Shown: positions 1 to 9,266 of the stretch, piece after piece
How positions within the stretch are numbered: position 1 is the stretch's first letter
How the letters are laid out: the number at the start of each line of letters is the position of its first letter
Virus record (IMG/VR): IMGVR_UViG_3300024262_006558
Span: 248,001 to 312,000 of that record
Length of the DNA stretch: 64,000 bases
Reading direction: 5' to 3' (one strand)
Made by a program: the position numbers and the translations under genes
Notes under the pieces: model-generated
Told to the model about the DNA's origin: nothing
Databases searched by the model: none
The model's input: only the letters and a program-made list of their open reading frames with translations

Positions 1-102
1 GAACAAGCTACGAAAGTCTTGAATGATTACGGAAAACAATTTGAACCTAAGCCATTAACACAACAGGAAAGATGGGATAATTGGGCTATAGGTAAAGGGT
101 AA
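1..102 (+). CDS. 3' end of hypothetical protein (partial)
   Basis: Open frame from base 1 to TAA at 100-102, immediately followed by attC-like element 1. Confidence 0.6.
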   Translation, partial: EQATKVLNDYGKQFEPKPLTQQERWDNWAIGKG

Positions 103-104
103 TT

Positions 105-166
105 GCATATAACGAATTGTATATGAGGCGTGAGGAACGAATGACTGCATATACGCTGTTATATGC
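105..166 (+). repeat. attC-like palindromic recombination site 1
   Basis: GCATATAAC-gaatt-GTATATG...CATATAC-gct-GTTATATGC, directly after a stop codon. Confidence 0.7.
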
Positions 167-196
167 TTTTTTATTAACTAATTAAAACAGATTAAA

Positions 197-520
197 ATGA
201 TTATAGGATTAATACAAGGAAATAGAGTTGAATTAGGAGAAACTGATAACGGATATGTATACAAAAACAGTTTTGCGTTTGACAAAAAGACTGATGAAAT
301 ATGTTATATACCAGAGTTAGGGATTGAGGGAGATATAATTACAGAAGACACTTCTGTTTATAGATATTCCGACTTTTTAGAAATAGCTACTGATTATGTA
401 AAAAGAAATGGGTTAAGTAATACACCTCAAGATATGGCTGAACAATTATTTGAATGTGTTGATTGGCAACATCCAAGTACATTACTTGATGAATGGGAAA
501 TTCATTTAGAAGATGAGTAA
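197..520 (+). CDS. hypothetical protein (cassette 1), VDWQHPSTLLDEW motif
   Basis: ORF track; acidic phage-type small protein between two attC-like sites. Confidence 0.8.
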   Translation: MIIGLIQGNRVELGETDNGYVYKNSFAFDKKTDEICYIPELGIEGDIITEDTSVYRYSDFLEIATDYVKRNGLSNTPQDMAEQLFECVDWQHPSTLLDEWEIHLEDE

Positions 521-522
521 TT

Positions 523-587
523 GCATATAACGGTTAGTATATGAAATGTGGAGCAAAGCGGAATTTTTTATATACCGTGTTATGCTC
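523..587 (+). repeat. attC-like site 2
   Basis: GCATATAAC-ggtta-GTATATGAAA...TTTTATATAC-cgt-GTTATGCTC. Confidence 0.7.
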
Positions 588-604
588 TTTTAAATTAGAT
601 AATT

Positions 605-760
605 ATGATAAGTTTTAAATATTACAAGAATTACGGAATTGAATACTGCTTTGGTAGTGCAACTGTACAGGGATTTATGGGTAGACCTCTTAAAACTTTT
701 ACAGGTGGATGTATAAAGGCAGTAGAAAAAGCAGAAAAGTATATAGATAGCCTTAATTGA
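605..760 (+). CDS. 51-aa hypothetical protein (cassette 2)
   Basis: ATG at 605 to TGA at 760, MISFKYYKNYGIEYCFGSATVQGFMGRP...; below the ORF-track cutoff; fills the space between sites 2 and 3. Confidence 0.7.
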   Translation: MISFKYYKNYGIEYCFGSATVQGFMGRPLKTFTGGCIKAVEKAEKYIDSLN

Positions 761-830
761 GCATAACGGTTAGCGTATAGTGACGTGAAACGAAGTGAAA
801 TGCACTTATACGCCTTGTTGTGGTGAGTAC
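759..830 (+). repeat. attC-like site 3
   Basis: GAGCATAAC-ggtta-GCGTATAGTG...CACTTATACGC-ctt-GTTGTGGTGAGTAC, one extrahelical T. Confidence 0.7.
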
Positions 831-858
831 GGGTTATTAACCAATAAATTAAATTGAA

Positions 859-1080
859 ATGATACAAGACAAATTAGAAAATCAAATCCATAACGTAATT
901 ATGGAAACGGCAAGAGAACCTAAACTTATTGTAATGCACCCACAAACATGGGTTGACCTTGCAAAAGAAGTTACTGGCAAAGATGGGATGACAATAAATA
1001 GATACGACCCAAATATGAAGTACAGAGGGATTAAGGTGATTAGAAGTTTGGATTTGTTGGAGGGTGAGTTTGAAATGTAG
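859..1080 (+). CDS. hypothetical protein (cassette 3)
   Basis: ORF track; between sites 3 and 4. Confidence 0.75.
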   Translation: MIQDKLENQIHNVIMETAREPKLIVMHPQTWVDLAKEVTGKDGMTINRYDPNMKYRGIKVIRSLDLLEGEFEM

Positions 1081-1153
1081 TATTCACCACAACACGAAAA
1101 TAAAGATAAGCGTTAAGCGACCCGATAGGGTTATCTTTTATTTTCTGTTATCG
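1080..1153 (+). repeat. attC-like site 4
   Basis: GTATTCACCACAAC-acg-AAAATAAAGATAA...TTATCTTTTATTTT-ct-GTTATCG, one extra T in the stem. Confidence 0.65.
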
Positions 1154-1205
1154 GTACATAATATCCCCCGTACCGTATATATTGGTGAACTTAAATAAAA
1201 ACATC

Positions 1206-1472
1206 ATGGCAAAGCAAAACTTTAAAAAGAGATATAGAGATTTAGAGGTACAAGTATTCGCAACCCTTAGGGATGCGATTGAGAATAGTGAGTTTAAATC
1301 TGAACACTTAAGCGAAAAAGCTATTAAGGTAAATGTGTTTGATTATACAGAATTATCAATACTTAATGACCGCTTGGTATTATTAGACCATAAAGGTTTC
1401 CATTATTCAATTTATTCTGATTGTACGTTGGAAGATTTAATTGACATCATTAACAAATTGGAAGATGAATAA
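1206..1472 (+). CDS. hypothetical protein
   Basis: ORF track; start moved to the ATG downstream of the repeat. Confidence 0.75.
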   Translation: MAKQNFKKRYRDLEVQVFATLRDAIENSEFKSEHLSEKAIKVNVFDYTELSILNDRLVLLDHKGFHYSIYSDCTLEDLIDIINKLEDE

Positions 1473-2766
1473 ATATTCAAATACCGTAAAAATGTTAGGT
1501 GTAGATACTAGAAGCTCATTTCTTTTTGGGGATGCGTGCGACAATTTAATTAAGTGTAGCAGTAAAGAAATCCAACAAGAAGCAAAGGACGAAATTAGTC
1601 AGATACTAATCAAGCTAAAGCCCGTTGAAGGCGGTATAACTATTCAAATGGTTGACGCGCTTTTACATGGTATGATTACGGAACATGCACACAAAGATAC
1701 TTTGCCTTTAAAAGGGTTTAGTATAAAAGTACATAATTCCCCCGAAGCCGTATATATTGGTGAATCAAAAGAAAAGAATATGCACACTATAAGAAAAAGA
1801 ACGCCAGTATTTGAAACCGATGACTTTCAAGAAGTATTCAATACAGATTCTTACAATGTATTTGTGAAACCTGAATTTGAATCTAAATTCAAAAGCTCTT
1901 TATCTTATCCTGATATCGTACTAAGAAAGTATGACCACGAAAATGGAATGACTACAGTAGTGGCGGACTATCAAAACAAAATAGGAAGCAAGATGCTTGC
2001 AAGAGTAAGAACAGAAACAGTGTACAGAAACATTGAAGAAGCTCCAATAAAGCACACGGCAGTAGATAACATTAACCTGATGATTGTAAATGGTAATCGT
2101 TTAGAATTACCTCAGGATGTAAAGTTCAAAAACTACAATCAGATCAAAACGGTATTGGAGAACTCTGGAGGAAAATACAAGAAATTAGGATTTGAATTTA
2201 AAGGTGAAGCTCAAGAAATATTTGACCGTTTAGTTAATGGGGAAAAGGTTAATGACAAGAAGAAATTCCAATTCTTTGCGACTCCTGATACCTTAGCTAA
2301 AACAGTTGTGGATAAGGCTGACATTAAAGCAGGTGATAAAGTGTTGGAGCCGTCAGCAGGTGAAGCAGGTATAGCAAAACACATTCCTGAATCCGCAAGT
2401 TTAGATGTTGTCGAGTTCATGGAAGAGAATAGAAACTTCCTAATTAAAGAAGGGTACAATGTGATAGGGGAAGACTTCTTAAAAGTGGAGGGAGAGGAAG
2501 TATATGATAAGATTGTAGCTAATCCACCATTTACAAAGAATCAGGATATCAAGCATTTATATAATATGCTTAAGTTGTTAAAGTCAGGGGGGAGAGTTGT
2601 CTGCATTATGTCTACCAGTTGGGTAAAGGGTAGCTTGACTATTCACAAGGAGTTTAGAGATAAGCTAAAAGAATTAAAAGCGCAAGTTTCTGAGATAGAG
2701 CAGGGAGAGTTTAAATATAGTGGAACTAATATTGCCACTATGCTAGTAATAATTGATAAACCATAA
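1465..2766 (+). CDS. N6-adenine DNA methyltransferase domain protein with long N-terminal extension
   Basis: Motif I VLEPSAGEAGIA and motif IV IVANPPF in the C-terminal half. Confidence 0.85.
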   Translation: MNKYSNTVKMLGVDTRSSFLFGDACDNLIKCSSKEIQQEAKDEISQILIKLKPVEGGITIQMVDALLHGMITEHAHKDTLPLKGFSIKVHNSPEAVYIGESKEKNMHTIRKRTPVFETDDFQEVFNTDSYNVFVKPEFESKFKSSLSYPDIVLRKYDHENGMTTVVADYQNKIGSKMLARVRTETVYRNIEEAPIKHTAVDNINLMIVNGNRLELPQDVKFKNYNQIKTVLENSGGKYKKLGFEFKGEAQEIFDRLVNGEKVNDKKKFQFFATPDTLAKTVVDKADIKAGDKVLEPSAGEAGIAKHIPESASLDVVEFMEENRNFLIKEGYNVIGEDFLKVEGEEVYDKIVANPPFTKNQDIKHLYNMLKLLKSGGRVVCIMSTSWVKGSLTIHKEFRDKLKELKAQVSEIEQGEFKYSGTNIATMLVIIDKP

Positions 2767-2800
2767 AAAAAGGTGAGCTACATGGCTCACCTTTTTTGTT
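2766..2800 (+). terminator. intrinsic terminator (near-identical copy at ~10150-10182)
   Basis: AAAAGGTGAGC-tacatg-GCTCACCTTTTTT. Confidence 0.8.
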
Positions 2801-2889
2801 TAGCTGAAAGTACATAGTTTCCCCTTCGTAGTATATATTGGTGAATCGGACAAACAACAAGTTTGCCAGTAAACTAAAACAAATAGATC

Positions 2890-3111
2890 ATGAGCAAGAA
2901 AACATATAAAATCAATTACGGAGGTAAAGAAGAAACCATAACAGGCGTAAATCTTGAAACCGCTCTTTCGGATCATGGATTCAAAGATATTGTTATAGAG
3001 CCATCATGGAGAGGTAAGTCAAATGGAAAGTATATAGCTTTTTGTGGAGGTAGAACTAATCAAGTTCGATGTGAATGGGTTGAGAAGGTGAAAAGATTAG
3101 CAAGTACATAA
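2890..3111 (+). CDS. hypothetical protein
   Basis: ORF track; stop lies inside the next 36-bp repeat. Confidence 0.7.
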   Translation: MSKKTYKINYGGKEETITGVNLETALSDHGFKDIVIEPSWRGKSNGKYIAFCGGRTNQVRCEWVEKVKRLAST

Positions 3112-3170
3112 TATCCCCTCGGTCGTATATATTGGTGAATCTAAACAAAACAAATTAAAATATTAGTATT

Positions 3171-3461
3171 ATGGCAAAGACAGTTTTAAGAGTAGGAGGT
3201 AACGAAATCACGCACGTTTACTTTACAACAATAAATGGACAACATCAATATTTGACCAAAGCGGACAATGAAAGAATGTTAGATATATCTAATGAAGATG
3301 TTGAAATATACTATTCGGGCGAAGACCATGACGAGGTTTTGTCTTTAAAAGAAGATATTTCAAATTTGTTGACTGGTAACATTTCTTTAAAAGTGTTAAA
3401 ATTAAGAATTGCAATGCATAATGGTGTAATTAAAGATAAAGTATTAGAGATTAACGGATAG
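3171..3461 (+). CDS. hypothetical protein
   Basis: ORF track; TAG stop overlaps the first base of the repeat. Confidence 0.7.
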   Translation: MAKTVLRVGGNEITHVYFTTINGQHQYLTKADNERMLDISNEDVEIYYSGEDHDEVLSLKEDISNLLTGNISLKVLKLRIAMHNGVIKDKVLEING

Positions 3462-3512
3462 TACATAATATCCCCCGTCCCGTATATATTGGTGAATCTA
3501 AATAAAGAAACC

Positions 3513-4265
3513 ATGTTTAACATACAAGAACAAAGATATTTCGATGCAGGCATAATGCCTTTTACATTCCACCAAACGGAATCAGAAGAAAGCTACTCTT
3601 ACACCACTAAAGTAGAAGTGGGCAAGGAAGAGACCGTAGAGGTTACAATTACTCATTCTGAATTGAGAAAAGTAGTTGTAAAAGACACGGTAAGAAGAGT
3701 AAAATATTATGCTCCAGGAATGATTGTTAGCATTGTTGAGCTGTTAAAGTGTCCAGCTGGATCTGGATACAATCCATTGAGAAGCGGTAAGACGGAAGTA
3801 CACGTGGATACAGATATCGAAACAAAAAAGATAACAGGAAAAAGCGGTGGTTGGTATGGTCCTCATAAAATGTGCGATACATTTGAGGAAGCAATGGAAT
3901 ACGCTAAAGGATTCGTGAAAGAATTCAGCGAAATGGCGGAAGATGGATTTGTTGAAAAGTCTACTATATTCAAGGGTGATGAAGAAATAAACCGTCAACC
4001 TATAGAAGACGTATTTGGAATTGAAGTTGCGGACAAATGGGAAGCTGCTTGTATAAAAGCTAAGATGTCTAGAAAAGCGGAAGACAAGTATTTGGAAAAG
4101 CTTAGAGCTGTGTTTCATAATCACTTTGGAGAAACGAGACACTTCAAACATTATTGCTTTGAGTTCATGAGCTTCTTAAGAGATATAGACAAAAAGAAGG
4201 ATGACCTAACAGCATTCGAATTAAAACTAATCAGGAAACTATCAAAAGTTACTTGGAGACGGTAA
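3513..4265 (+). CDS. hypothetical protein
   Basis: ORF track; start moved to ATG at 3513. Confidence 0.8.
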   Translation: MFNIQEQRYFDAGIMPFTFHQTESEESYSYTTKVEVGKEETVEVTITHSELRKVVVKDTVRRVKYYAPGMIVSIVELLKCPAGSGYNPLRSGKTEVHVDTDIETKKITGKSGGWYGPHKMCDTFEEAMEYAKGFVKEFSEMAEDGFVEKSTIFKGDEEINRQPIEDVFGIEVADKWEAACIKAKMSRKAEDKYLEKLRAVFHNHFGETRHFKHYCFEFMSFLRDIDKKKDDLTAFELKLIRKLSKVTWRR

Positions 4266-4445
4266 AAATATTATTTTGGTTCAAGGAAAAGGGGACGTGC
4301 TTAGGCGCTGTCCCTTTTCTGATTAGCTGGTTCTCTGAGTTTTTCCGCATATTCGTAAACCTATAGTTTAGATCTTGGATCGGATCCAGAAGTACATAGT
4401 ATCCCCTCGGTCGTATATATTGGTGAACCAAAAAACAAATACATT

Positions 4446-4682
4446 ATGTTACATTTACATTCAGTAATCCTATTCTTGTTTAACAATCACGATTTCGTAA
4501 AAAACGTTTGGGGCGGTACTCATTTAGAAAATCATCTAGGTGGAAAGCTTGAAGGCTTTATCGAAAGACATGGAAACTTAGCGGGACTTGTAAGCTTCTT
4601 AGCGGAACTAGATGCGGAAAACCTTAAGCTAATAGAAGAGTACATCAAAACAAAGCACCCTTCTCATTACTATAAATCTTAA
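4446..4682 (+). CDS. hypothetical protein
   Basis: ORF track, downstream of a repeat. Confidence 0.7.
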   Translation: MLHLHSVILFLFNNHDFVKNVWGGTHLENHLGGKLEGFIERHGNLAGLVSFLAELDAENLKLIEEYIKTKHPSHYYKS

Positions 4683-4746
4683 ATAAAAAGGGGAAGTACA
4701 TAATTTCCCCTTCGTAGTATATATTGGTGAACCAAAAATAAAGAGC

Positions 4747-5112
4747 ATGAAAAAGTCAGAAGAAATCAAGTTAATGATTATCGAAAACTTCATTGACCAC
4801 TTTACTTCCAATGAGGAGGAGAGAGAGAAAATGAAGGCTACAGCCAAAGCTTATGTGGATGAAGACCACGTAAATGAAATTGAACAATCGGAACTGTTCC
4901 AAGAGGAAGAGGATGAAGAAATAAAAGCGGTAAGCAGAGCAGCTAATCTTCTATCTAATGATTACTTGGAGATACCAAGTATCTTAGAGAGGTTAAGCGA
5001 ATTAGAAGACCAGTCCGTAATGCTTGAAGGTTCTGTTGATGATATTATTGTATGGGAAAAGGTTGCGCATTCATTTACCGTTTCACAATTCTTAGAAGAA
5101 ATAGGGTACTAA
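4747..5112 (+). CDS. hypothetical acidic protein
   Basis: ORF track. Confidence 0.75.
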   Translation: MKKSEEIKLMIIENFIDHFTSNEEEREKMKATAKAYVDEDHVNEIEQSELFQEEEDEEIKAVSRAANLLSNDYLEIPSILERLSELEDQSVMLEGSVDDIIVWEKVAHSFTVSQFLEEIGY

Positions 5113-5180
5113 CTAAAAATGAGGGGGAAGTACATAATTTCCCCCTCATAGTATATATTGGTGAATCAAATAATTAACTC

Positions 5181-5636
5181 ATGGAAAGCACAATTCAAAT
5201 AAATAACAGATACGCTACAGGAACTTCTTATGCTTGCATAGATGAAGGAGAAAAGACTTTAGCTTTCACAAGCCTTGAAGATGCTGTTCAGTATTTCACC
5301 GATACATTAAAAGGTTTCTATTCAGAAAGAACGGGTGAATTTTCAAGATGGAACTATTGTTCTAAAAATGATCTTGATTGGCATGTACATACTCAAACCC
5401 TTGACTATGCAACTAACCTAGAAACGGTTAAAGCTTATTTAGATGAAAATGATGTTTATGAATGCAGCGGAGGTCTACCTCCAATGTATGAAATTAAAAT
5501 TAGTAAAGATTTCAAAGTAACAGTTAAAACGTTTATACACATGACTCTTCAAAGTCAAACGCTTACTTGGTTTTCGGAAGATGCTATTAAAGCGGCTATC
5601 ATTAAGAAAAGAAACCATATAGTAGAAAGTACATAA
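5181..5636 (+). CDS. hypothetical protein
   Basis: ORF track; stop inside the next repeat. Confidence 0.75.
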   Translation: MESTIQINNRYATGTSYACIDEGEKTLAFTSLEDAVQYFTDTLKGFYSERTGEFSRWNYCSKNDLDWHVHTQTLDYATNLETVKAYLDENDVYECSGGLPPMYEIKISKDFKVTVKTFIHMTLQSQTLTWFSEDAIKAAIIKKRNHIVEST

Positions 5637-5681
5637 TTTCCCCCTCATAGTATATATTGTTGAATTAAAAAAGAAGAGATT

Positions 5682-5885
5682 ATGAAAGTAGACATGTATG
5701 GTACGGAAGTAGAAATATTCTTTAATGAGTATGATTCTAAAACAAAGAAAAGAAAAGTTATTGACATGGAATTTACCTCTGCTCATAGAAGAGAGTTGGA
5801 TAACCAAATGGATAGTACAGACAGCGGCTGTTTCTTTAATGTAACAGTCGGAACTAAAACAATCACAGGACACTTTAGCTTTTAA
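5682..5885 (+). CDS. hypothetical protein
   Basis: ORF track. Confidence 0.7.
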   Translation: MKVDMYGTEVEIFFNEYDSKTKKRKVIDMEFTSAHRRELDNQMDSTDSGCFFNVTVGTKTITGHFSF

Positions 5886-5889
5886 AGAT

Positions 5890-6030
5890 ATGCCAAAAGA
5901 AAATCAAATCATACTATGCCCCGAATGTTTTAAGGGGCAAGTACAACCCGACTCTAAAGGAGAGGGGAAATGCAATCAATGTTCAACCGAGTTTGTGTAC
6001 AAAGCACCAACTACAGTAAAATTTAAGTAG
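5890..6030 (+). CDS. 46-aa zinc-ribbon peptide
   Basis: MPKENQIILCPECFKGQVQPDSKGEGKCNQCSTEF...; two CxxC motifs. Confidence 0.6.
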   Translation: MPKENQIILCPECFKGQVQPDSKGEGKCNQCSTEFVYKAPTTVKFK

Positions 6031-6096
6031 CACTCATAAGTAAAAGTACATAATATCCCCGACATCGTATATATTGGCAAACAAAACAAAAACAAT

Positions 6097-6483
6097 ATGA
6101 AAGATGTTAAATTCCTAGGAGTCGAGCTTAATTTCTTCGGCGACCTAACCAATTCAAAAATGGACTTCGGTTCACTAACTCTAACCAATGAAGGTAGAGA
6201 GTACAAATTAGATGTATGCCAAACCTATAGAACATTCGAAGGCGGTTTCACTAGCGTTAGGATAGACTTAGAAGAAGATAGAGAAACGTTAAATGATTGT
6301 AAGTATGACCTTACAGCGGTTGATCTAATGTCTTCTAGTATAGATGCAAACCTTTTCTTTGAATCAGAAGATACACCAGAGGATGGAACGTTCTTTGTAA
6401 AATTCATTAACAAGGATGGATCTGGATGCACAAAAGCAATCGATCTTAGTAATGAAACAGTAGATTGGAATGCTAACCACTAA
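6097..6483 (+). CDS. hypothetical protein
   Basis: ORF track. Confidence 0.75.
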   Translation: MKDVKFLGVELNFFGDLTNSKMDFGSLTLTNEGREYKLDVCQTYRTFEGGFTSVRIDLEEDRETLNDCKYDLTAVDLMSSSIDANLFFESEDTPEDGTFFVKFINKDGSGCTKAIDLSNETVDWNANH

Positions 6484-6634
6484 AACAAAGGGGAAGAAAT
6501 TCCCCTTTTTGTTTCTCTGAGTTTTTCCGCAACTTCGTATACCTACATATTTCTATGTATCCATATGTGAAAAGCTGAAAAGTACATAATGTCCCCACCG
6601 CCGTATATATTGGTGAATCAAAAAAAACATCATT

Positions 6635-6880
6635 ATGGAAAAGGCTTGTATATCAATTATCGTAAAAAAGAATTTTAAAAAGACGCAAGGTGGGAGTATT
6701 GACGTACAATACGATACGCAAATGGGTGAACTTAAAATTGTTGAAATTGGAGATGCAATTGCAAGTTTGAATAAGTCTGCTACCGTTACTATAGAGTATT
6801 CAGTATTCAGTGAAATTTCAGGAACTTGGTTAGTACTTAGAAGTTACTATGCAAATGAAAAAAGATTAGTTAAACACTAA
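6635..6880 (+). CDS. hypothetical protein
   Basis: ORF track. Confidence 0.7.
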   Translation: MEKACISIIVKKNFKKTQGGSIDVQYDTQMGELKIVEIGDAIASLNKSATVTIEYSVFSEISGTWLVLRSYYANEKRLVKH

Positions 6881-6937
6881 AAGTACATAATATCCCCACC
6901 ACCGTATATATTGATGAATCAAAAAACAAACATTATT

Positions 6938-7663
6938 ATGGAAAAGTTAAAATTTGGAAAAGGAAATGCGAAATTAGGTAAAAAGGTTATGACTTTCTCT
7001 TTGCCAGCAGGTTATTCTTGCCCTTTCGCAAAAGACTGTTTATCAAAAGCAGACAAAGATACTGGAACGTTAACCGATGGTAAACATACACAGTTTAGAT
7101 GTTTCAGCGCTTCTAGCGAATCTATTTATAAAAATACTCGCATAGCACGTTGGCACAATTACGATGCCTTAAAAGGGCTTAAAACGGAGCAAATGGCGGA
7201 GTTGATTAATGCTTCTATTCCAAAAAATACGGGCATGGTAAGAATACACGTTTCAGGAGACTTCTTTAATCAAGCTTACTTCGATGCTTGGATGTTAGTT
7301 GCAAATATTAATCCTGCAGTAGTATTCTATGCATACACTAAGAGCATTGGATATTGGGTAGAAAGATTAGGTTCAATTCCTGCTAACTTAAAATTAACTG
7401 CTTCATTCGGAGGTAAAAATGACAAGTTAATTGAAAAACATAACTTGAAATCTGCAAGAGTAGTATATTCTTATGCGGAGGCGGAAGAATTAGGCTTAGA
7501 AATTGACCATGACGATAGTCACGCATTCAAAACCGATTATAGTTTCGCGTTAATTATCCACGGTGGACAACCAAAAGGGTCTGCAGCTTCAAAAGCAAAG
7601 CAAGCTTTGAAAAAAGAAGGTTGGGAAGGTTACACTAAGAAAAACAAAAAGGCTGCAGCTTAG
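6938..7663 (+). CDS. GP88-like phage protein (radical-SAM-like fold)
   Basis: GNAKL, FSLPAGYSCPFAKDC...C, RIHVSGDF and FYAYTKS motifs typical of the gene-product-88 family. Confidence 0.75.
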   Translation: MEKLKFGKGNAKLGKKVMTFSLPAGYSCPFAKDCLSKADKDTGTLTDGKHTQFRCFSASSESIYKNTRIARWHNYDALKGLKTEQMAELINASIPKNTGMVRIHVSGDFFNQAYFDAWMLVANINPAVVFYAYTKSIGYWVERLGSIPANLKLTASFGGKNDKLIEKHNLKSARVVYSYAEAEELGLEIDHDDSHAFKTDYSFALIIHGGQPKGSAASKAKQALKKEGWEGYTKKNKKAAA

Positions 7664-7677
7664 TAGTCTTTATATAA

Positions 7678-7708
7678 AAAAAGGACCGATAAACTTCGGT
7701 CCTTTTTT
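7678..7708 (+). terminator. intrinsic terminator
   Basis: AAAAGGACCGA...TCGGTCCTTTTTT. Confidence 0.8.
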
Positions 7709-7740
7709 GTATCTCTCCCTATTAGTGCCTATATTTGTGT

Positions 7741-7926
7741 ATGGATTCAATAATAAAGAAAGATAAGCAAAACCCTCAAAGTGGTTTTACTTTGCAATTT
7801 GGTGGTAAGAATCAAAACAGCTCAATTCAAATAGAAAGATTATCAGATCCAAAAATAACAGTTTGTTATAATGGATCAAAAAAAACTCTCTCCCTTGAGG
7901 AGTTAGCAAAGTTATTAGATCTCTAA
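7741..7926 (+). CDS. hypothetical protein
   Basis: ORF track; ATG just after the TATATTTG element. Confidence 0.6.
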   Translation: MDSIIKKDKQNPQSGFTLQFGGKNQNSSIQIERLSDPKITVCYNGSKKTLSLEELAKLLDL

Positions 7927-8253
7927 TAATTTCCGCAACTTCGTAAACCTTATACTTAAGCTCTCCCTATGTGGAGGGCTTTTTTTGTTTAGCTGAAAAG
8001 TAAACTTTCCTATAAGTACATAATATCCCCACCACCGTATATATTGGTGAATTAAAACTAAAATCTTTATGAATAGATTAAAATTAATAAACCAGTTAAT
8101 GTCAAGAAAAAATGGAAGAAGAAATATTTCACTCATACGATACTGAATACATAAAAGAATGTATCGAAAACGAAAGCTGAAAAATAAAGTTTTCCTATAA
8201 GTACATAATATCCCCATCACCGTATATATTAGTGAACGAAAACAAAACACATC

Positions 8254-8709
8254 ATGAAAAAGTATAGAGTAAAACTTACAAGCGAAAGCAATCATAGACA
8301 AGACCAAAAGGTTATCGACCCAAAGAATCCCGAATCAGGATTTTATCTTGGAGATGTTTATTCAGAAACGCCATCACTTTATAGTAGAGGTGAAGCAGTT
8401 AAAAAAGCAAAAACTTTCAATGGTAAGATTGAAGTATACAACGGAGCGTATCAAATTGTAGATGTTATCAGTGTTGCTCATGTACCTTATGACTCTTTAC
8501 CCGATGTAGTTAAAGCTGAGTTTGAAAAGCATTCTCCTTCCTTCCAAGATACGGATGAAACATTAGGAGAGCAAATGTTTTCTGTAGATGCAATCAAAGA
8601 AGAGGTAATTGCAGAGTGTAAAACTGAATCTACTAGAGTAGAGTTGAGAGAATTGTATGAGATTCTTAATGATGGTAGTTTCTGTTATGTTTCATTTATA
8701 AAAGCTTAA
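8254..8709 (+). CDS. hypothetical protein
   Basis: ORF track. Confidence 0.75.
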   Translation: MKKYRVKLTSESNHRQDQKVIDPKNPESGFYLGDVYSETPSLYSRGEAVKKAKTFNGKIEVYNGAYQIVDVISVAHVPYDSLPDVVKAEFEKHSPSFQDTDETLGEQMFSVDAIKEEVIAECKTESTRVELRELYEILNDGSFCYVSFIKA

Positions 8710-8712
8710 GGT

Positions 8713-9003
8713 ATGAAAAAGATATATTTTAATTTGATGGAAGTGGGTAACCACGAATGTCCAAACATGGGAGTTGTTGAAACTCAAATAGATAAGGAAT
8801 TCAATATATCTGATGATAGTATTGATAGCAAAATAAAGCAGTGTATTCAATCTCACATGGATGCGGAAGTTGTTGATATGTCAAAGATTGATGTGATGCA
8901 AGCCCATCAAGCTTGTGGAGTTGAATTTGAAGTAACCATTGATAATGATGGTGAAATTCAAAAAATTAAAGTTGAAGTTGAACAAACCTGGTTATACTCA
9001 TGA
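8713..9003 (+). CDS. hypothetical protein
   Basis: ORF track. Confidence 0.7.
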   Translation: MKKIYFNLMEVGNHECPNMGVVETQIDKEFNISDDSIDSKIKQCIQSHMDAEVVDMSKIDVMQAHQACGVEFEVTIDNDGEIQKIKVEVEQTWLYS

Positions 9004-9200
9004 AAGCAAAATTAGTAAAAGTCTCCCTAATGACTAGAGTAGTTGTTGGGGATAACGCAACGGAAGAAGAAATCTTAGAAGCATCTAAGGCTCAACTAGT
9101 TGATAAGATTATGAATGAACTTGGAGACAATGTAGAAGAGGTCGAAGATGATGAAGAAATGCCTTATGGTCTAGGGTTAGGGGAGGATGAGGATTTATAA
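9000..9200 (+). CDS. hypothetical acidic protein
   Basis: ORF track; ATGA overlap with the previous gene. Confidence 0.7.
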   Translation: MKAKLVKVSLMTRVVVGDNATEEEILEASKAQLVDKIMNELGDNVEEVEDDEEMPYGLGLGEDEDL

Positions 9201-9266
9201 CTCTCCCCATGAGTACATAATATCCCCTCGAATGTATATATTGTTGAACTAAAAAGAAATATTATT

